DNA from: Flectonema sp. DT1601
Taxonomy: Eukaryota
NCBI GenBank assembly: GCA_964019425.1
Contig: OZ025793.1
Coordinates: forward strand, 868,001-932,000
DNA length: 64,000 bases
Direction: 5' to 3'
A program made the position numbers and the translations under genes. Below, piece after piece: positions 12,297-23,024 of the stretch (its first letter is position 1; each line of letters opens with the position of its first letter). The notes beneath the pieces were generated by a model. The model made no database searches and was not told where the DNA came from. It was given only the letters and a program-made list of their open reading frames with translations.

Positions 12297-14672
12297 TCAT
12301 CCATCTAACAACTCTTCACCACTCGACGCTCGTATTTGCTCAGCTTGCGGACGCGGACTGCCAGGTCGCTGAACAGCAGATGCAATGAGATCACCACAAC
12401 GTTTCTGCTCTGCTTCAAGGAGTGACCGAAGTTTTTTAATTTCTTCTTTTGCCTCAAAGAGTTCATCCTTAACAGGACTAGGAGGGTCACCCTCCGCAAC
12501 AGATGGATCGAGTAGTTGGGAATGAATTCTTGCGTTGATTTCATCTTCTTCTTCACTAAAATCGGATTCTTCTAAAGGACATCTAATCTCCAGTGGAACA
12601 TATGGTTGAACATACTCAAAGTCATGTTTCATATAAAATGATTCCCAAATGACTAGTCTCTTACTATTACAAGACGGTTTCAAAACAGACTTGTCTAATC
12701 GATAATAAGGATTGAGGAACTTCTTATGACCAGTTCTGCGCTCCTCATCCGTAAGTCTAAATATTTCTGTCCAAACAGAAACAGTTCTTTTCTTAACACC
12801 TTCGCCAATACGTTCCCTGTCAAAATTGCATAAGAAAGTACCAAACCTGCAGCTGTACACAGCCTCAACAAGGAACTCCAACAGGGAAGGTGTAAATTCA
12901 AAAACTGTTGGAAATTGCCGGAGCAATTGATAAACAGCATCAATCCACTGCATAAAGATGGGGCTGGGTTCAATGTGTGAACCCGTTTTTGTGTGTTTTG
13001 CTATACCTGAGGCATTTTGATCCTCGTCTACCTCGTTGCCTTGCCCAGCTTTGAATTTCTGTGTTGACATGCGACCCCGAAATTGGTGGCCTGAACGTTC
13101 CGCAAACTTGTGGCCAGGAATACACCACTCTTTTTCAATTAGAAGAGCAAATCCACGTATAGTTCTGTAGTGTGGATCCATTAGTAACATTGATGTAGAT
13201 GTCAGCTGAGATGTGCGATCCCATCCGTCTGAACAATGAACAAGTGAACTGCAACCAGCGATCATCTCATCAGCTATTCTACTAGCACCAAAGATTAGTC
13301 GTTGAACGTGAAGTCCCCACCCACTTTTATCCCATTCACTTCCGAATGCCGTATTCGGACCTGTAGGAGTTGGTACATTGTCTCTGTGGTTTGACATGTT
13401 ATTATTATACGCTTCAATTACTTTTTTAATCTTCTTCCATGATGCCTTCACCGCGTGTATGTTCTCCATTTGAAGGAATACAATGCGGCAGTTGTAATTA
13501 CGCGACGTTTCTACACCACCACCGCGAGCACGATTACCAGTAGCTGCAATCTGACTCCGAGCGTCAAAGATAACTGTTGGAGGACGCTTACTATGAGAAT
13601 ACTTCTCAATCACGGGATTTGGTCCTGGGCCTGCTGACAGCGAGGGAGGCTTTCCAGCCAACGATGGAGGCGCTGATAATGACGGAGGTGCTGATAACGA
13701 TGGAGGAGCCGACAACGACGGAGGTCCTCCCTTTACTGGGCGGCCGGATGGAGAGCTGCTATTTTCATCATCACTGAAACACGCTGGAATTGGAGTACCA
13801 CCAGGTACATAGGCTTGCGCAAGTAGAGTTTCTACAAACACTTCGTCTGCATGGCTTCTGTTGTTGTTACTTAATCCTGGGAGAGGTTGTGATGATCTGG
13901 CTAAAATAGCACCAGAATCTACGCTCAACCACGATATTATAGGAATTCTTGCTCGGGAACGGTATGAGGCGACAGCCCTGAGTAACTTGTTACTCGCATT
14001 CCTGGGAACAACAAATCTTGATGGATAAGTTGGAGAGAGGAGTTCTTCACCATCATCGCGGTCTAGTTCACAAATGCGGAACCACGGCCGAAGACACTTT
14101 TCGATACCCTTATCTGACCATTCATTCGCACTACTCGTCCCTGAGGAGTTTTCGTTTGGGTAAAATCTCGTCAATCGGTTCAATTCTTTTTCAATGTCAT
14201 AAATATTCCAACCATCTTCAATGTTTGGGTATCTTTTTATGTATTTCGAATAATGGTCAAAGGCAAACAGGCGTTCAAGTGGCGGTTCTCCTTGCTCAAC
14301 GATCCTACTGACTTCTCTAAGTCGTGAAACAAGTCCTTGAGATTCTCTCCTTCCTTTGAACCCCAGACGTAGGTCCCAAGGAAGTTTTGTTATTATTAAA
14401 ACCTCTTCTATCCAATCATCAACTTTGATCTTTCGATCTTTTATCTCCTCAATAGCCATAACAGGTATTTCAATGTTGTCATATCTCTCATCAAGAAAAA
14501 TTACCAGCACCCTGAACTGCGATGCTACTAAAGCAACAGGTCTCGCACTGTTCTCTTTACCATTCAGTACACATGGCCAATCCCCTTGCGTAACTTCCAA
14601 GAATATTGCGTCCCCCTCAACCTGAGGAGGCATTCTCCGCTTTATTGACCTCACAATGCTTTCACTCATCAT
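12297..14672 (-). CDS. Myotubularin-family phosphoinositide 3-phosphatase
   Basis: Catalytic VHCSDGWDRTSQL, SPTYP, ARSSQP, GHKFAER, SPIFMQWIDAVYQL; internal PPSLSA repeats; C-terminal coiled coil. Confidence 0.95.
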   Translation of the reverse strand: MMSESIVRSIKRRMPPQVEGDAIFLEVTQGDWPCVLNGKENSARPVALVASQFRVLVIFLDERYDNIEIPVMAIEEIKDRKIKVDDWIEEVLIITKLPWDLRLGFKGRRESQGLVSRLREVSRIVEQGEPPLERLFAFDHYSKYIKRYPNIEDGWNIYDIEKELNRLTRFYPNENSSGTSSANEWSDKGIEKCLRPWFRICELDRDDGEELLSPTYPSRFVVPRNASNKLLRAVASYRSRARIPIISWLSVDSGAILARSSQPLPGLSNNNRSHADEVFVETLLAQAYVPGGTPIPACFSDDENSSSPSGRPVKGGPPSLSAPPSLSAPPSLSAPPSLAGKPPSLSAGPGPNPVIEKYSHSKRPPTVIFDARSQIAATGNRARGGGVETSRNYNCRIVFLQMENIHAVKASWKKIKKVIEAYNNNMSNHRDNVPTPTGPNTAFGSEWDKSGWGLHVQRLIFGASRIADEMIAGCSSLVHCSDGWDRTSQLTSTSMLLMDPHYRTIRGFALLIEKEWCIPGHKFAERSGHQFRGRMSTQKFKAGQGNEVDEDQNASGIAKHTKTGSHIEPSPIFMQWIDAVYQLLRQFPTVFEFTPSLLEFLVEAVYSCRFGTFLCNFDRERIGEGVKKRTVSVWTEIFRLTDEERRTGHKKFLNPYYRLDKSVLKPSCNSKRLVIWESFYMKHDFEYVQPYVPLEIRCPLEESDFSEEEDEINARIHSQLLDPSVAEGDPPSPVKDELFEAKEEIKKLRSLLEAEQKRCGDLIASAVQRPGSPRPQAEQIRASSGEELLDG

Positions 14673-14879
14673 TTATTTTTATTTTATTTTTTTTGGTTGA
14701 TAATTAATGGCCAACCTGAAGTCAAATAAAAACAAGCTGAAACAACTTTTTTCCTGGAAAAGAATTGGCTTTATCTTAAACTATACAGAAAATAGTAATA
14801 TAAAACTTGTTGTTTTGTTTGTGCACGAAACTGGACTAAATCTCCATGTTCACTATCACGTGGGAAACGTCCGCGCTGA

Positions 14880-15520
14880 TAAGGGTGCCCAGACTTTCTT
14901 ACTCGCAGATACAAAAGTTACTTCCGTTTTGTATTTACGTTTATTCCACCGCAAGCTACTCAAGTCTAAGAGAGCTCATGTACTCCTCTGAGATCTTAAC
15001 TCCTGCGTTCCAGAAAACCTTAGATTTCGGTCGCCTCTCCGCATCAGTTCGCACATTTCTATCAGGAGCTCTGTCGCCTCGTGTAGACGACAAAATGATC
15101 CCCGAAATCTTCCAGTAACTATGTTGCAGGTTCACGTGTGTTCAAGATCATTTTCCTTGTCAAGTTAGCTTCTATTCCTAGGGTGACTATGCACGTTCCA
15201 TCGTAATTGAATATTTCAGACATAGAGCTCGAAATCCATCTCTAACCGATTGCAGAACCTGTATATCATCCGATGCAAAGATGGCATTGTCGATCCACCC
15301 AATGCCGAACACATCCCTCCCATCTATTGCATCTTCAATCAGAGTAGTAGAACAGCTTGGGCTAATTGAGGTGCACCTCTGTACCCGATAGACGTGTACC
15401 GTATGTCATACGGTAGATCTTCTTGTCAACTCGAACAATGGTCTAATTCTCTCAGGAATCGGGAATTGAAAGAAATATAATGTGCAGTCAAACTCGCAAG
15501 CATACCCACGTAGTTACTAT
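14880..15520 (-). pseudogene. Degenerate reverse transcriptase, possibly with RNase H start, of a DIRS/VIPER/TATE-type retroelement
   Basis: Manual translation across frameshifts and stops gives YACEFDCTLYFFQFPIPERIRPLF (motif A), IGYRGAPQLAQAVL (motif B) and GWIDNAIF (motif C); a possible eroded DAS..GW lies near 14900. Confidence 0.65.
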
Positions 15521-16353
15521 CGTTTCTTAAGACGGTAGCCTGCATGGCGTTAACGAGGTATAAGCTGTTAGCTCATTAATAATCTTACGATTTCGGATGA
15601 AACGTAGTTGTCCAGGTGTACTTTTCGGTGTGAGAACGCAGAGTGCATGAATCTATTCGTAATTGATGTAGGAGATGGTTCGGCGAAACCAAGCTCAAGC
15701 ATGTGTGCAGCGTGAGAGGTTTCAATTGGACATTCTTCGCGCCTATCCTAGATTCATCTTCCTGCAGCGAATTGTTAATCACTTGGATGAAAAAAGTTCG
15801 AATCAGCAATATATCTCATGTTTGATCTCAGGTTCGGATAGCCCATATTCGATCTGCTCCATCTGATCCAACGCGGACGACTGATTCACCTTGTCCTCTC
15901 TAGTTCTTCTCGAGGATTTTTCCTTCGCGCCTCTTCCTGATTGTTCTCGTGCGAAGTTCAATTCTTCGAACAGGATGGAATCAGCATCCACGATAGAGCT
16001 TGGATGGCATTTATACAACAGGAGGTGAACTAGTCATCTAAAAATTCTTTTGTTTTAGGAATTAAACACAAAGAATAGAAAAATTTGCTAAGGAAAGGAA
16101 TTAATTAATTATTAGAAGTGTACCGATACATGACAACATCTAAAAACACATCGTTAAATAAAGCGATAAGCGCCAGGTGATCGATAAGATACTCCGGATC
16201 CCAAATCCTGGGTTCAGAGCATGCTTGTCCAAAAAGCTAAAGCTAAAGCTAAGCTTTTTAGAGCTAAGCTAAAGCTTTTTTTTAGCTTTTTTAGCTTTTT
16301 TGAAAAAAAAAAGCTAAAACTAACTAAAAATACCTCATTTTTGGACATTTTTG

Positions 16354-16649
16354 GTAATTTGCTTTCCATGTCTGTACAGCACATGAATAAAGAATATAAA
16401 GTAATACGCACAACTGGCAGAACAGATACTAAGGACATCTATCCTAATCTTAGATAGGTTCACCGCGCTGGGGTAGTGCCAGGTCCCGACGGGACACCGG
16501 CACCAACACCCCGACGCGAGTTGAAGAATGCCCCCAACGCCTGTTCCACCTTGGATCTGGCAGAGTAATTTGCTTTCCATGTCTGTACAGCACCTGAATA
16601 AAGAATATAAAGTAATACGCACAACTGGCAGAACAGATACTAAGGACAT
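16354..16649 (-). mobile_element. Short non-coding derivative of a DIRS-type element with 85-bp direct repeats
   Basis: 16354-16438 equals 16565-16649 with 1 mismatch. The reverse complement of the interior and repeat aligns by eye with 61190-61420. The 25-mer at 16439-16463 recurs at 18809-18833. Confidence 0.65.
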
Positions 16650-16655
16650 TCATTC

Positions 16656-18217
16656 ACTGATTGTTTTTTTTTTTTTTTCAAAATTAATAAAAAAGAATAT
16701 AAAAAAAATACAAAAAAAAGAATAAACAATGTTATCATTGTTTTTTTTTATCGTTCGACTTTGTCGACTAATTTCTATTTTCCGTTTTTTTTCTTTAAAA
16801 AATAAATAAAAAGAATTTAAAAAAAAAAAGAATAAACAATGTTATCATTGTTTTTTTATCGATCGACTATGTCGATCACTTTCTATTTTCCGTCCTGGTC
16901 AAGACGCTAAACTGATTGTTTTTTTTTTTTTTTTTTTTTCAAAATTAATAAAAAAGAATATAAAAAAAAAAATAAAAAAAAGAATAAACAATGTTATCAT
17001 TGTTTTTTTTATCGTTCGACTCTGTCGACTAATTTCTATTTTCCGTTTTTTTTTCTTTAAAAAATAAATAAAAAGAATTTAAAATAAAAAAAAAGAATAA
17101 ACAATGTTATCATTGTTTTTTTATCGATCGACTATGTCGATCACTTTCTATTTTCCGTCCTGGTCAAGACGCTAAACTGATTGTTTTTTTTTTTAATAAA
17201 TAAAAAGAAATAAAAAAAAAAAAAAAGAATAAACAATGTTATCATTATTTTTTTATCGTTCGACTTTGTCGACTAATTTCTATTTTCCGTTTTTTTTTCT
17301 TTAAAAAATAAATAAAAAGAATTTAAAATAAAAAAAAAGAATAAACAATGTTATCATTGTTTTTTTATCGATCGACTATGTCGATCACTTTCTATTTTCC
17401 GTCCTGGTCAAGACGCTAAACTGATTGTTTTTTTTTTTTTTTCAAAATTAATAAAAAAGAATATAAAAAAAATACAAAAAAAAGAATAAACAATGTTATC
17501 ATTGTTTTTTTTTATCGTTCGACTTTGTCGACTAATTTCTATTTTCCGTTTTTTTTCTTTAAAAAATAAATAAAAAGAATTTAAAATAAAAAAAAAGAAT
17601 AAACAATGTTATCATTGTTTTCTTATCGATCGACTATGTCGATCGCTTTCTATTTTCCGTCCTGGTCAAGACGCTAAACTGATTGTTTTTTTTTCAAAAT
17701 TAATTAAAAAAAAATATAAAAAAAATAAAAAAAAAGAATAAACAATGTTATCATTGTTTTTTTATCGTTCGACTTTGTCGACTAATTTCTATTTTCCGTT
17801 TTTTTTCTTTAAAAAATAAATAAAAAGAATTTAAAAAAAAAGATTAAACAATGTTATCATTGTTTTTTTATCGATCGACTATGTCGATTACTTTCTATTT
17901 TCCGTCCTGGTCAAGACGCTAAACTGATTGTTTTTTTTTCAAAATTAATAAAAAAGAATATAAAAAAAAACAAAAAAAAAAAAGAATAAACAATGTTATC
18001 ATTGTTTTTTTTTTATCGTTCGACTTTGTCGACTAATTTTTATTTTCCGTTTTTTTTTCTTTAAAAAATAAATAATAAGAATTTAAAAAAAAATAAAAAA
18101 AATGAATAAACAATGTTATCATTGTTTTTTTATCGATCGACTATGTCGATCACTTTCTATTTTCCGTCCTGGTCAAGACGCTAAACTGATTGTTTTTTCT
18201 TTAAAATAATTAAAAGG

Positions 18218-18249
<32 letters not shown>

Positions 18250-18364
18250 AATAAACAATGTTATCATTGTTTTTTTTTCTATCGATCGACTATGTCGATT
18301 AATTTCTATTTTCCGTCCCGATCGAGACGCTAAACTGATTGTTTCCTTTTTTTAAATAATAAAT

Positions 18365-18396
<32 letters not shown>

Positions 18397-18803
18397 ATCT
18401 CCCTGCTATCCTCATATCCCCACAATAATATTATACCTTTTCATTTTCTCTTTCCTTTTCTGGTCTTTTTTTTTTTTTTTTTTCTTTTTTTTCCTTTTTC
18501 ATACAACGTTTTTTATTTATATTTTTTTTTTTTTTTTTTATTTTTTTCATGTTTGATTATTTCCTCTTCATATTTTTTTTTTCTTTTCTTTCTTTTTTTT
18601 TTTTTTTTCTCTGCCTCTCTCTTAATTCTGTTCGTTTCTTTGAAACGAAAATTCATTTGAATATTATTCCTTGGTCAGCAACAGTCATTGTCGCCCTCTG
18701 GGCCTGTTAAAAAAAAAAAAAAAAAAATAAAAAGAAAGTTTACATCGGGAATAGGGCAGGAGCCAAAAGCTCCCAGTCCGTTACTTCCCACTCTATCGAA
18801 TTC
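16656..18803 (+). mobile_element. 5'-truncated copy of the RLE retroelement (satellite + 3' terminus)
   Basis: Satellite to ~18340, then the ~460-bp terminal segment ending CTCTATCGAATTC, colinear with 52745-53205. Confidence 0.85.
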
Positions 18804-19469
18804 TGACCCTATCCTAATCTTAGATAGGTTCACTTTTGAATTGAAGAGTGGAAGTGGGTGAGTGGCTGTGAACTGCAGAAGAAGTTCGATAATAACGATA
18901 AAACTAATAACAGTACCACTCACGCCGAATATATAATATGCACGAGGTAAGAGAAGTGGAATAAAATACACACAAAGTAATTTCGGTAGTTTATGTTTTC
19001 TTTATCATCGGCGCTGCTTTAGGACATGGTAGCAAATTACCTAAATGGAATTTCAAGAAGAAATGGGTTCCCCAGACTGTACATCCGCAGGATTATACTT
19101 AGTGCTGACCCACTCCAAATTATGAGGCAATCGGCGGGTGGAGGTGTTCACGATTTTTCACTTTGCTACACGAAAATTCACGATTTTTCACTTAATTTTT
19201 TGCTGCTTTCTGGTAGTGAAATCCCGTGAAAATGTATGAAAATGTGTGAAAATGTGTGAAAATGTGTGAATTCTAGTGAAAAAAGTGAGTGATATCCGGA
19301 TGGTACCGTTGGTGCTGTGCGATGTCAAACCTGTTCAGTTTGCCATACATGTCACTTTGACAACTAAATGGGCATCGCTTGTGCCCAGTGACCCATCACC
19401 CTTCCTGACCATCGCTTGTGGTGAGGTTCCGGACTTTGGACCGGCGCATCGCATGTGCGGTGGGTTTAA

Positions 19470-19832
19470 TCACTGAGGGGGCTCATTCTCGTTCAGACTG
19501 TTCTGTTCTGTAACAACCCGACCATGATCATTCAGCAAATATGAGATGTCAATTGTGGCTGCCTCTGACATGTCACGTGCAACCTCTGCCCAAAACTGGA
19601 GAAGTTGTCGCGGAGTGCGATGCTCCCGGGAGAATGAGATGAGACGTCTGAGCACACCATTCACAATACTATATTGTGCCCATGAAGCTAATTGGAACTT
19701 CAGGGCCGCAATTTGAGACCGTGCCAAGGCGAGTTGAACATTTAAATCGCTCGCCAGTCCCGTTAACATCATGGATTGCTCAAGCTGCTCTGCGTGAGTT
19801 GTACACCGTTGGTGATTCAGCTCCGAGAGGCG
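19470..19832 (-). mobile_element. Fragment of the retroelement ORF C-terminus with an alternative tail
   Basis: 19678-19832 matches ~47183-47337 (MMLTGLASDLN.QLALARSQIAALKFQLASWA). The frame then continues 68 codons into unrelated sequence to a stop at 19470. Confidence 0.75.
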
Positions 19833-19833
19833 T

Positions 19834-19995
19834 GAATTCGATAGAGTGGGAAGTAACGGACTGGGAGCTTTTGGCTCCTGCCCTATTCCCGATGTAAACT
19901 TTCTTTTTATTTTTTTTTTTTTTTTTTAACAGGCCCAGAGGGCGACAATGACTGTTGCTGACCAAGGAATAATATTCAAATGAATTTTCGTTTCA
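19834..19995 (-). mobile_element. Short 3'-terminal fragment of the retroelement, followed by a plus-orientation satellite tract (19996-20640)
   Basis: GAATTCGATAGAGTGGGAAGTAACGG...TTTTCGTTTCA is the reverse complement of the terminus. Confidence 0.8.
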
Positions 19996-20643
19996 CTGTT
20001 TTTTTATCGATCAACTATGTCGTTCACTTACTATTTTCCGTCCTGGTCAAGACGCTAAACTGATTGTTTTTTTTTTAAAAATAAATAAAAAAGAATATTA
20101 AAAAAAAAAAAAAGAATAAACAATGTTATCATTGTTTTTTTATCGATCGACTATGTCGATTACCTTCTATTTTCCGTCCTGGTCAAGACGCTAAACTGAT
20201 TGTTTTTTTTTTCAAAATCAATAGAAAAGAATATTAAAAAAATATAAAAAAAAAGAATAAACAATGTTATCATTGTTTTTTTTTATCGTTCGACTTTGTC
20301 GACTAATTTCTATTTTCCGTCCTGGTCAAGACGCTAAACTGATTGTTTTTTTTTTTTAAACAAATAAAAAAGAACATAAAAAAATAAAAAAAAAGAATAA
20401 ACAATGTTATCACTGTTTTTATAACGATCGACTATGTCGTTCACTTACTATTTTCCGTCCAGGTCAAGACGCTAAACTGATTGTTTTTTTTTTTAAACAA
20501 ATAAAAAAGAATATTAAAAAAATAAAAAAATAAAAAAAAAGAATAAACAATGTTATCACTGTTTTTATAACGATCGACTATGTCGTTCACTTACTATTTT
20601 CCGTCCTGGTCAGGACGCTAAACTGATTGTTTTTTTTAAAATA

Positions 20644-20808
20644 CTGTAAAGGGAAATATTCTTGTGGGGAAAAACCCGCGAGTTTTTATTATTTTTTCTG
20701 AATCCGCAAGAATATTTCCCTGCAAACATACTTTTTTTCTAGCCATTTTTTTTGGTTCTTTTTTGTGAATAAAATATGTGTGCTATGAAGGAAAGTTTCA
20801 GCAAAAAT
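20644..20808 (+). mobile_element. Left part of the CTGTAAAGGG MITE, truncated by a retroelement terminus
   Basis: Matches 54595-54770 with an internal deletion; preceded by TA. Confidence 0.75.
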
Positions 20809-20996
20809 GAATTCGATAGAGTGGGAAGTAACGGACTGGGAGCTTTTGGCTCCTGCCCTATTCCCGATGTAAACTTTCTTTTTATTTTTTTTTTTTTAAC
20901 AGGCCCAGAGGGCGACAATGACTGTTGCTGACCAAGGAATAATATTCAAATGAATTTTCGTTTCAAAGAAACGAACAGAATTAAGAGAGAGGCAGA

Positions 20997-21030
<34 letters not shown>

Positions 21031-21356
21031 AAAAAAAAAAAAAAATATGAAGAGGAAATAATCAAACATGAAAAAAATAAAAAAAAAAATAAAATATAAA
21101 TAAAAAACGTTGTATGAAAAAGGAAAAAAAAGAAGAAAAAAAAAAAAAAGACCAGAAAAGGAAAGAGAAAATGAAAAGGTATAATATTATTGTGGGGATA
21201 TGAGGATAGCAGGGAGATGCTCTTTTTTTTTTTTTTTTTTTTATTTATTATTTAAAAAAAAGGAAACAATCAGTTTAGCGTCTCGATCGGGACGGAAAAT
21301 AGAAATTAATCGACATAGTCGATCGATAGAAAAAAAAACAATGATAACATTGTTTA

Positions 21357-21391
<35 letters not shown>

Positions 21392-21975
21392 CTTTTAATT
21401 ATTTTAAAGAAAAAACAATCAGTTTAGCGTCTTGACCAGGACGGAAAATAGATAGTGATCGACATAGTCGATCGATAAAAAAACAATGATAACATTGTTT
21501 ATTCTTTTTTTTTTTTTTTTTAAATTCTTATTATTTATTTTTTAAAGAAAAAAAAACGGAAAATAAAAATTAGTCGACAAAGTCGAACGATAAAAAAAAA
21601 ACAATGATAGCATTGTTTATTCTTTTTTTTTTTGTTTTTTTTTTATATTCTTTTTTATTAATTTTGAAAAAAAAAACAATCAGTTTAGCGTCTTGACCAG
21701 GACGGAAAATAGAAAGTAATCGACATAGTCGATCGATAAAAAAACAATGATAACATTGTTTAATCTTTTTTTTTTTTTTTTTTAAATTCTTTTTATTTAT
21801 TTTTTAAAGAAAAAAAAACGGAAAGTAGAAATTAGTCGACAAAGTCGAACGGTAAAAAAACAATGATAACATTGTTTATTCTTTTTTTTTATTTTTTTTA
21901 TATTTTTTTTTTAATTAATTTTGAAAAAAAAAACAATCAGTTTAGCGTATTTTGAAAAAAAAAACAATCAGTTTA
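20809..21975 (-). mobile_element. 5'-truncated retroelement copy (terminus + satellite)
   Basis: Inverted near-copy of ~17650-18803 sharing the same diagnostic variants (CTCTATCGAATTC, GCAACAGTC). Confidence 0.85.
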
Positions 21976-22448
21976 AACTTTTTTTTGTTAAAAAAAAAAA
22001 AAGTTTAAATAAGTTAAATTGAACATGTTAACTCAATTCCTCAATTCTTCCGTCATGGTCATGACATTCTTTTTCGTTTTTCTAATGCACAAGAGATACC
22101 ATCACTCATGAGATACCAACGCACATACGAGATACCAGCACTCCAGAGATACCGACACGCTAGAGATACCAAGTCACTTGAGATACCTCCTTGTAAATTA
22201 ATTCCCGGTATTTCAAATTTGAATTGATAGTGTCAACTCTGCTTGCTGCTCTTGTTCATGTGTTGTCTCCTGGAAGTGATCTTAACTCCTATAAAAAGAA
22301 AAAAAAAAAAAAAGAAATCAAAAAAGAAGAATTTTCAAACGAAGTTATAACAACCCCTACCACCCATTATGATCAATTCCGCTTGTTTTTTTTTTTTTTT
22401 AAAAACAAATAAAACAAATAAAAAAAAAAATTATAAAAGATCAAACAA

Positions 22449-22987
22449 GAATTTCGATAAGTGGGAAGTAACGGACTGGGAGCTTTTGGCTCCTGCCCTA
22501 TTCCCGATGTAAACTTTCTTTTTATTTTTATTTTTTTTTTTAACAGGCCCAAAGGGCGACAATGATGGTTGCTGACCAAGGAATAATATTCAAATGAATT
22601 TTCGTTTCAAAGAAACGAACAGAATTGAGAGAGAGGCAGAGAAAAAAAAAAAAAAAAAAAAGAAAGAATAGAAAAAAAAAAATATGAAGAGGAAATTATC
22701 AAACATGAAAAAAAAAAAAAAAAAAAAAAATATAAATAAAAAACGTTGTATGAAAAAGGAAAAAAAGAAAAAAAAAGACCAGAAAAGGAAAGAGAAAATG
22801 AAAAGGTATAATATTATTGTGGGGATATGAGGATAGCAGGGAGATGCTCTTTTTTTTTTTTTTTTTTTTTTTTTATTTATTATTTAAAAAAAGGAAACAA
22901 TCAGTTTAGCGTCTCGATCAGGACGGAAAATAGAAATTAATCGACATAGTCGATCGATGGAAAAAAAACAATGATAACATTGTTTAT

Positions 22988-23024
<37 letters not shown>

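Noticed and set aside
16225..16350. (A)AAGCT short repeats with TGTCCAAAAA/TTTTTGGACA inverted ends
   Set aside because: Possibly a MITE end or simple repeat; single occurrence with no TSD, too little evidence to call, and not a telomeric repeat.
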